A model generated the notes under the pieces. The model was not told where the DNA came from and did not search any database. It was given only the letters and a program-made list of their open reading frames with translations. The translations under genes and the position numbers were made by a program. A DNA stretch of 64,000 nucleotides from Balanoglossus misakiensis (lineage: Eukaryota; Animalia; Hemichordata). Location: contig CM082580.2 in NCBI GenBank assembly GCA_040954595.2, positions 11,670,909 through 11,734,908 on the forward strand, read 5' to 3'. This document shows positions 55,785 through 64,000 of this stretch, piece by piece (the first letter of the stretch is position 1; each line of letters starts with the position of its first letter).

Positions 55785-56748
55785 ATGAGTTTCTTACCAG
55801 ATGTGAAGACGTTTTCTCAAAAATCTCTCCGAAAAGTTGACACTACAGTTGTAACCTCGGGTGGCCAAAAGTTCACCGAGAGGCGTTTAGAAAATGGACG
55901 ATTTCAGTTGTCAGATACTGGAGAACGATGTCAAGGCTTTTGTGGAGATTACAAGCCCGATCTTCAGGTTGTTGAAGTCAGACCGTGGCTTTTACTCAGT
56001 AAGTGGACATGTCTATCTGTCTGTACGTCCGTCCGTCTCGTCCATAGCCTTGATTCAGTCTCATTAAAATTATCCACCGAGAAAGACAGTCCCTTAGCTG
56101 AGGCGTTTGTTTCACAAAGTCTTCACAATGGTGGTAAATGTTTCCCTACAGGTGCCCATGACGTAGCAACAGAAATGTCACTATTGCAACAACACAGCGT
56201 GACGCATATACTCAACTTGGCATGTTTTGCTGAGAACGATTTTGAAGGCGACTTCAAATATTTGAAATTGAAGATTTTAGATTTGCCAGAGACTGATATC
56301 ACCAGGTGGGTGTTGTTTGAATATTCTAATTTTATCTCCACCTGGTCTTGGTATTTGGAAGTGATTATAAAATGAGAGTACTTAAAAAAGTTTAGTCACA
56401 GTTACCATGGAAAGTGCAGATTAGCCAATCACAGATTTTAATCACAGATCAGTTTAATTCAATAACATATTTACTACCAAAGTTCTCTCAACCATTTCTT
56501 TCTACAGTTACTTCAGTGACTGTTTTAATTTCATCGATGACGCCAAAGCAAGCCAGGGTCGAGTGTTGGTTCACTGCAATGCAGGGGTTTCCCGGTCAGT
56601 TAGTGTAATATTGGCATACTTGATAACCACCGAGAACGTCCCATTGGAGGAGAGTCTACAGAAACTCAGACAAGTGAGACCAGCCGTTGGTCCAAATGAA
56701 GGCTTTATGCGACAACTTAAGGAGTATGAAAAGAAGCTACTAAAATAA
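55785..56748 (+). CDS. DUSP19: Atypical dual-specificity protein phosphatase 19-like
   Basis: Exons: 55785-55998, 56152-56305, 56508-56748. DUSP19-type N-terminus (VKTFSQKSLRKVDTTVVTSGG; D..PDLQV..VRPWLLL), general-acid loop ILDLPETDI, catalytic VHCNAGVSRS, and RPAVGPNEGFMRQL. Confidence 0.9.
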
Positions 56749-57100
56749 AGGCTATTAAATCCTGGGAGAAAAAAACAATGAGGCTGACTTATAGATATTG
56801 TGCAGTTATTTACCAAACATTGAAAATGATACATTTATTCCTTTGCTTTACCCTTTTTCTAGTGCCTATCTTTGGTCTGGTTTATTTTCATCCGTTGTGA
56901 GAAAATAAGAAATATTAAAAATTTTTTACATATGGATAAAACAAACAAGCTTATATTTTTTTAATCGTGTGAATGATTTGTTACATCCACGTATCGCATC
57001 GATTTCCACTGGAGTTGCTCTCATCAATACCTGGGATCAAGACAAGAGAGACTGACATTGTGTAGTAGGTCACAGCTCATTCGTTTGCGGTACCCCCCCC

Positions 57101-57181
57101 CCCCCCATTCCCGCTATAGAGATTCAAAGCCACCACAGAGAACAATAGCTGTGGACCAAACCATGGTGGTAAAAGGGTTAA
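57101..57181 (-). mobile_element. MITE family A copy
   Basis: Ends in GGACCAAACCATGGTGGTAAAAGGG-TTAA; its reverse complement aligns along the 8801-8893 copy. Confidence 0.6.
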
Positions 57182-58393
57182 ACTGCAATAATTTCTGCCT
57201 CCGACAATGAGCGCGTATTATCTCAAACCGTCAATTTGCAGAACTAGAGTGTGGGTGACATTATGGGCGGCCTATAAAATACACGATAAATGAACCCCCC
57301 CCCCCTTTTCCTGCACAGTACAGCGGTTGTTTACCCGTCTGCATATAACTGTGTTATTTGACAAGCTTTCTCCTGATTATTTAATTCGCTTTAGGGTTCT
57401 ACATTTTGTGAAACCCGTTTTATTCATTCCAGCCTTAATTTCAATTTGTGGGGTCACGTGACACCCATCCGGAAAATTGCATTTTGTTTCGCGTGTGGCT
57501 AGTACAAAGAGCTATCCGATTGCATGAAGCCCGCCAAGCTGATCTAATTTTCTCCATCCAAATGCAAAATGAGTTTTTTGTGTCTTCTTTTATCCAGTTC
57601 GCGGAAGTTTTCTTCTTTGCTTTCGAGCGAAGGGGGTCGAGGAAAATTTCAGGCAATTTTCCTAAATTGCCAGGGTTTTTGTCTTGGACTCGAGCGTGTT
57701 AGTTTAATCAGACTTGAGTTTTGATTAGTTTCGACGCGTTCTGTCAAGGTTGTTTCCTTCTTCTGAACAATGCAGACCTAATCGTTTCTTCTTCTTTTTC
57801 AAAAGTGAGAAATGCCAATTTGCTACCTGACTTGATTAATACAGTTAAAACGCGTCTGCAAAATGATCCCACTTTTTATACAGCTTCCTCCCGATGGCTA
57901 CAGTGGTTTACTAAAAAGATTCCCTTTTCTCTCAACAATTAACTTTCAAAAGAGCGGGCTCCTTTATTTGAGTCACACACAGCAACCACCCAGCCCAGTC
58001 TTTCTTTTGGGCAGCTTTGGTGCCACTTGGCACTATGGACACTTTTTGGCCGTTCATGACCAGTTTTAGTTATGTAACCCGGAAAAGTACCCTCAAATTC
58101 AAGAAACGTAGCAAACTACAGTATCTTCTTTAAACACCTTTGAACTCACCCTTAATGGAAATCTTTTGTCTTTATATGCAAGGGAGCATGAAGCGACATT
58201 TTCCAGCCCAGCTGAAAATTGAGGACAGGGCAAATGACAGGGTAAAATGCATTCTTATAGTATCGCAATCAATTTATGAAATATACTATTATACGCCTAG
58301 AAATATAATTTAACATATGGAGGGCTTCCTCCACACATTTGTGATCTTTCGTGGATGACATTCAATTTCCATCAGAGCTCTTTGCCGTCCACG

Positions 58394-58400
58394 TATATAA
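58394..58400 (+). promoter_or_regulatory. Candidate TATA box of the homeobox gene
   Basis: TATATAA about 200 bp upstream of the ATG at 58600. Confidence 0.4.
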
Positions 58401-58599
58401 GAAAGCAATTGCAGTATCTCCCGCGTACAGATAGAAATAATATTAGCCAAGTGCTCGTTCTCTGTCAGACCCATTGCTTCGCGTTTCGTCCACGTCAACG
58501 AAGTTGGCTGTTGTTGTTTTTTTGCTTGTGAAAAGAAGTGTTGATCTACAAGGCGAGGCAACTCTATTGGCAGACGACCGATCAGATTCAGACCTTAAA

Positions 58600-61212
58600 A
58601 TGCAAACGAGCATTGGCGAGCCTGATTTCAAGAATGGTGACGAGATAAGTATGTTTTGCATCGGTAAAGTTTTCCCCCGTGCACTTGTGTATTTGTCTGT
58701 GCGTTTCTCTCTCCCCGTCTCCCCCTGTATGATCTCTCATAACAATAGTCTTTCAAGAATTTTTGCGTCATTTCCGGAAACTTTCTTAATTACGCGCGAC
58801 ACCTTCTCCAACATCATTTACTGTAATTTTGTTTATTTTTCGTTCATTTTTGTTCGGCATGTCTTAATTTCTCATTTATCCATCCGGTATTCAAGCAAAT
58901 TCGAGATTTTAATTTTATGGGCTACGAAGTACTTTCTCCTCTAAATATTAACCTATCGGTAAATTGGCCATCGTCTTCGGTAAATGTATTCCATGCTTGC
59001 AGCGTTTAGTATACCATTTAAATATTGTTGTTTTTTGTTCAAAATCTAACGGCCGATCGCAACAAAACGCCTTCGACTTCTAATATCTCTTTGTTCTCTC
59101 CGTTGTCGATATCGACTGTACCGTAACAGGTAACGAAACTGAAGCTACACATGGAGCGTTTCAGCCAGCGCCGGCTCTGTCGACCGGCGGCTTTGGGCGT
59201 TTCCACCGACCTCCTTCTAATCTTCTGCTGCCATCGTCATTCTCAGGTAATAGTACGTTTAACAAGAGGCTTTTCTTTGCGTAGTTGTTCCTTAAAATTA
59301 AACGGAGCGTATCCATAATTGAATCTGGCGTGGTATTTTATTGTTGCGTGAGTGAAGGTACACGCAGACACGGAAGCTAACAGTCTTCAGATATTATCGA
59401 AAACTAGTGATTTGAATATCGTTTGCTGAAAATTTCACTTTCATTAATATTTTTGTTAATTTGATGGATAAAGGCTGGTGACTCTCAGCGGAGGGCGGAT
59501 CAACTTTCAGGCACAACACGTGTTCGTACGATTAGGTGTTGAATATGATACTTTTGACATTTCATTTTCATTATTACTTTTATCAATTGAATTCTCTCTC
59601 TTGATTTGACGCGATGAAATTGCATTTCCCAAGGAAACATATCCAAGCTTTCTTGGTCTTTTATTTTCGAAATTTTAAATAGCGTAAAGTAAGCTAAAAT
59701 GTTGAGTAAAAAATAAACCTTGTGGGGAATGTTGGACGAGTGATTTATTTATTTGCTATCGCGAGTAGCAGTATTGAAATCTTCATAATTTCTTGCAACC
59801 GCAAGTTTCGTTATATTGTGACACGGCAAATACTACTGCGTGGCGAGGATTAAACGAACCGGCTTACTGCTCTGCCAGTACTCCGTTCAGTCTCTTGACA
59901 ATGTGTTTGTCGAACTTGTCTGAGGACAAATGTGTGCTTTTGACCGAATCAAAAATATAAATAATATTCTGCGTTTCTTAGCTAAGCCTTACAAAGTCGA
60001 CAGAAAGTTGAGGTTAATCACCGCACTATTTTCATCTCTTTCAGATTTTATGCCTTTCCAGCCGAACAATAAACGAAAACAGAGGCGCTACCGGACTACT
60101 TTTTCAAGCTACCAACTCTCACAGCTCGAAGAGGCTTTCCAGCGGTCCCACTACCCTGATGTATTCTGCCGCGAAGAGTTGGCATTGAGAATCGATCTAA
60201 CGGAGGCCCGGGTGCAGGTGGGTTAATTTTCGCTCTTGACGGACGAGAGCGTGTCTCCACGGCGCATTCATCTTCCGAGCGTCGACTGCTGACGACGTTC
60301 TGCACTATGAATGCGTATTTTCAACCCCAACAAAGCTGTTGTTATTTGTGTGAATGTGTTGTTTCATTTCCATACTGTTAAACGCGTTATTGATTTCTTG
60401 TTTTGGACGATCAACATTCTCTGCATATGAATCGGGCAATATTGAGCGGCACGGAAAGCCAATCATCACAAATCACAGCACCCACGTGACTGACACCTGT
60501 TTGAAGATCCGCGAGTTGAAAGGACCTGACCAATCAAAAACTGCTTACTAATAGACGGCTGCACACTGCCCGAAATATCACTATTGAAAAGCACAAATTA
60601 CAATTTAAGCTGCATTTTTTCCACGGACTTTCTGTGTGCATTTCGTGTATTTGTCTAGGCCAATATCATGTATACAGTGGTATATATCAAGTATATGTTT
60701 CATATTCTAGGTGTGGTTTCAGAATAGACGTGCCAAGTGGAGAAAACAAATTCGAGATTCTTCTCCGAAGTCTCTTCCAGACAGTGGTAGAGCAGGTGAG
60801 AAAAATTAGTATAATTTGTAATATGGCTGGGAAATTCAGATTTCAGAACATGCCAGATTTCATGCCAGTTTCAGAAAAAAATAGAAAAAAAATATTTGCA
60901 AGTTGACAAAAATTGGGAGTTAAATTTGAATTTACAGACTGCGACGCGGAACACAATCAGCAATTAGAAAACACCAGCCAATCGAACGCCGCACCATGCT
61001 CTGACGTCACCGTCACAGAAACCACGCAGTCGACTGGGCCACCTCTGCTCATGGAAGACGACCAACAAAACATGGCGGCGGCAGCGACCGTCTCCATGGC
61101 ATCCTGTCAGTTCGCGCAGTCTCATCTTCACCTGGAAGACTTCAGAAATTCCAGCATCGCCCAATTACGAATGAAAGCAAAAGAGCATGTGGCCACTCTG
61201 GGAATGCATTAA
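58600..61212 (+). CDS. Paired-class Q50 homeobox protein, aristaless/Arx-like, with C-terminal OAR motif
   Basis: Exons: 58600-58663, 59130-59246, 60045-60217, 60711-60795, 60938-61212. Homeodomain [46 protein letters not shown]|[12 protein letters not shown] carries the canonical PRD-class intron; OAR motif [15 protein letters not shown]. The two 5' exons are phase-consistent but less certain. Confidence 0.85.
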
Positions 61213-62981
61213 TGTTAACACCCAATTAAAATCCATGTTACATCATGAACTTATTCAAATTTGCGAGCAGCGTCGGCGGTCTCGCAAGACTGTTTTTCAT
61301 TGATCAGGTCCGTGCCAATTCATTCCTCAAACAGGTGTATGAATGCTGCGACCTATAGGGATAGGTCTCTCAAGTCGTTGCACATTGCTCCTATAGAGAG
61401 TTTATCCACTGAAACATTAATTTAAAGTCACCGTTTGTCCATTGGGGTTCTGACATTATCTATATATTGTAATTTCAAAATAATCATGTGCACCATAACC
61501 TGCTTTTATGATCCTTTGTCCAAAATAATTCATATATATTACACGTTCGGTACATATTTTCACCTCCATTACAAAATAAGCTGGACAGATAAACCATAGC
61601 TGACTGGAAAGTTTTCAGTAGAAAATTTATTTCAATACGTCAATAAAAGCTTCAGGAAAAGCAATTGCATTTCCACCGGTCTAAGTGGTTAGTATGATTG
61701 ATGCATTTTGGTGACCGAAAATTTTCTTTCGTCTGTGGCATCTGCGTATCAGTATAAGGACTTAAAGTGAAACTTCGCTTTTCTAGCTATGGCGCCCGCA
61801 AGCGACGACGTGTCTGCCCATCCATTCAAACGATGCCGGTTTCAGAATAATTATTGCACCCAAATTGAAATCCATACATGTGAGGACTGATACAATGAAA
61901 ATACCATTAATGCCAATCGCGCTAAGATAATCCATTCTTAAGTTTCTTTAATTTTCTCGACAACTTTAGGCACTATGAATAAAGTATTTGTGGAGGGGGT
62001 AAGATGGAGGGTCACATAGACTAAATGTGACGTCAAATACAACTTTTAATTTCTTTTAACAGAATAAATTCGAACCGATTCGTCTGAATGTTCCCCACAT
62101 TAGTCCAAAGAATCCTGCAAAACAAATGAAAAGAAACCCCGTTGATTATTTGAAAGAAATCAGGAGGTTGCAGGTAGTAAGTGGGTAGATTGTCGGAGGC
62201 TACATAAAAAAAGTTAATTTCATCATTTCACAAATCGCAGTGCTTTGCATCAATTACGCAAATTGACGGAGAGTAACAATCGTGAACGGAAAGACCAAGC
62301 CCGTATTGATTGTGTACAAACTGCGCAAGTACGTCATGTTTTTCTTTGATGTGTATTAAGGACCCCCAGGTGTCCGACAAGTGATCGGTGCGAGGCATTG
62401 TTGGCCGGAATATCTTGGCGCGCCCTCAACTTTGGTAGTTACATTTTCTGTGTGTTGAAAACACAAATGCTTGATAATACCAGTATATTGAAGACGTGAA
62501 GCGAGGTGCAAAAAGTTGCATCGTTAAAGTTGAATACATACATGCAAATGACAAATAACAAATCGAAAGTTCAATCGACACATTTGACCGGACTTGACAA
62601 AAATAAACATAGGCTTTGTTACTAAGTTAACTTGAAAATATAAACACCAGAATCGAACGCTTGAGGAAATAAATTTAGATTTCCTTGTCAGTAGCGTGTC
62701 ATTAATATCATTATGGTAATTATTGATAATTGGCTTCGCGTTATTTCGCTCCGTGAATTGCAGTCATTTCCGCCTGTAATGCGGCAGTGGTTCCTTTTGT
62801 GGTAGCGTTGTAGTGGTTGGGCGCAAGTGTAGAAAAACCCACGCATTTTGCGGATCGATCTTCTATAAAAACAGCGTTTTGCTTGCCATCAGAGAATCTA
62901 TACTCAGGGTTTCGCCAAGAACCACCACACGTGCACCGTTCCTCACACTCTATAGCCGGGCTGCTGTATATCATAGGAGAC

Positions 62982-63402
62982 ATGGAGACTTCCAACGATC
63001 ATGAATTCCAGCACTGTTACCAGTTGGACGGGATCTCGCGTGGAGGGGGAAGAGGACGTGGGCGAGGAAAGAGTGTCGGAACGAGAGGAGCGGGCCGCGG
63101 TAGCAACTGTTATCGAGGCCGAGGGGTAAGTTTGCTTCCCCCTTAAAAGTCCTATAGCAGGATGTATGCTGCATTACTAGGAAGTAAAACAACTACCTTT
63201 GGCGACGTTGTCTGATGTTTATAGCATCCAGCCATTTTTTAAGTTTTTTACGAAACATTGACATATGCATATTTTCATGTTCCTTCTCTTTACAGCGTGG
63301 CGGTTCGCGTAGTCCGATTCTAAGCTGCGCCTACGAGTTTCAGTATCCTCTGAGTGACGATGAGACAGAAGCGAGCGTGCAGAACTACTCCGGAAGGCCA
63401 AG
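62982..63402 (+). CDS. 5' exons of an unidentified gene with an RGG/RG-rich N-terminus; probably continues beyond the window
   Basis: ATG at 62982 (GACATGG context). Exon 62982-63125 (METSNDHEF...SRGGGRGRGRGKSVGTRGAGRGSNCYRGRG) ends at GTAAGT; an in-phase acceptor ttctctttacag opens exon 63296-63402 (RGGSRSPILSCAYEFQYPLSDDETEASVQNYSGRP), which ends at AG|GTATTC. Confidence 0.55.
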
Positions 63403-63439
63403 GTATTCATGCCCTTGAAATTTGAGAGAGGGGGAGGAG

Positions 63440-63442
<3 letters not shown>

Positions 63443-63500
<58 letters not shown>
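63443..63500. repeat. (GA)n microsatellite
   Basis: About 29 perfect GA units. Confidence 0.97.
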
Positions 63501-63502
<2 letters not shown>

Positions 63503-64000
63503 ATGTACATGTATGTGTATTGTAACAGAAATTATAACGATTGTGAAATTCATGTGTCATCTATCTGATACTTACTAGTATATCATTCTTCATTCGTCTG
63601 CCAGTCAATGCTCCGAACCTGTTGCTTTGTGTATAAAATAAATATCTCTATTACTAACGAGAAACCGCATTATAGTTCATACCATTGGCAACTTTTCCCG
63701 TTTCTGTCGATATTTAGGTTTCTTGGAATGGTGTAAGTCCAAAGCTGATGTCCCCGTACGAATGGCAGCGAAGTACATCTTGAACGACAACCATCTTGTA
63801 AATTTGTTTAGAGTAGTCAAGTCGATTGTAGCGGAACTATAGACACGTGGCTTTTGGTGAACATAACATAACAAAACAAAATTAATAATCCCATGTGGAT
63901 GACAAATGTGTTCATAAATCATAAATAGCCGCAATTAAAAAGTAATGTGTGTTAACGTAATGCGAACCTCAAAAATAAAAACCTTCCAGATTTTATCATC

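Noticed and set aside
61676-61720. GGTCTAAGTGGTTAG resembling a tRNA D-arm
   Set aside because: No T-arm/B-box or acceptor stem follows.
1-64000. Stop-codon readthrough, selenocysteine recoding, U12 introns, CRISPR or prokaryotic systems
   Set aside because: All modelled introns are GT-AG without the GTATCCTT signature, no in-frame TGA is needed, no TGA-CTAG readthrough context is present, and there is no repeat-spacer array.

Overview
This is AT-rich, intron-containing animal genomic DNA. It is probably from an invertebrate deuterostome, which I infer from gene content, intron sizes and protein similarity. It is not prokaryotic, and no CRISPR array, rRNA or convincing tRNA is visible. Most entries in the ORF track are exon fragments or noise, so the gene models were rebuilt by hand from GT-AG junctions with reading-phase checks. 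Gene order: 5'-truncated PLXDC1/2-like (+); TBC1D9/8-like (+); a three-gene polypeptide GalNAc-transferase cluster (GALNT5-like on -, a divergent long-stem GALNT1/13 duplicate on +, canonical GALNT1/13 on +); INO80C (-, largely missed by the ORF track) head-to-head with DUSP19 (+); a divergent Arx/aristaless-type homeobox gene (+); and the 5' start of an unidentified RGG-rich gene. The most notable observations are: two frame-preserving microexons and a 3x60-bp coding repeat in TBC1D9; the remodelled GALNT duplicate (long repeat-bearing stem, furin site, altered lectin, one intron fewer); a cassette exon in the GALNT1 stem; GALNT1-INO80C microsynteny; a phased DR4 nuclear-receptor array in a 170-bp bidirectional promoter; a recurring GCGCCCTC promoter motif; and two families of tiny TTAA-CCC...GGG-TTAA MITEs. 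I found no clear evidence of a wholly new multi-gene system; the GALNT cluster is the closest candidate.
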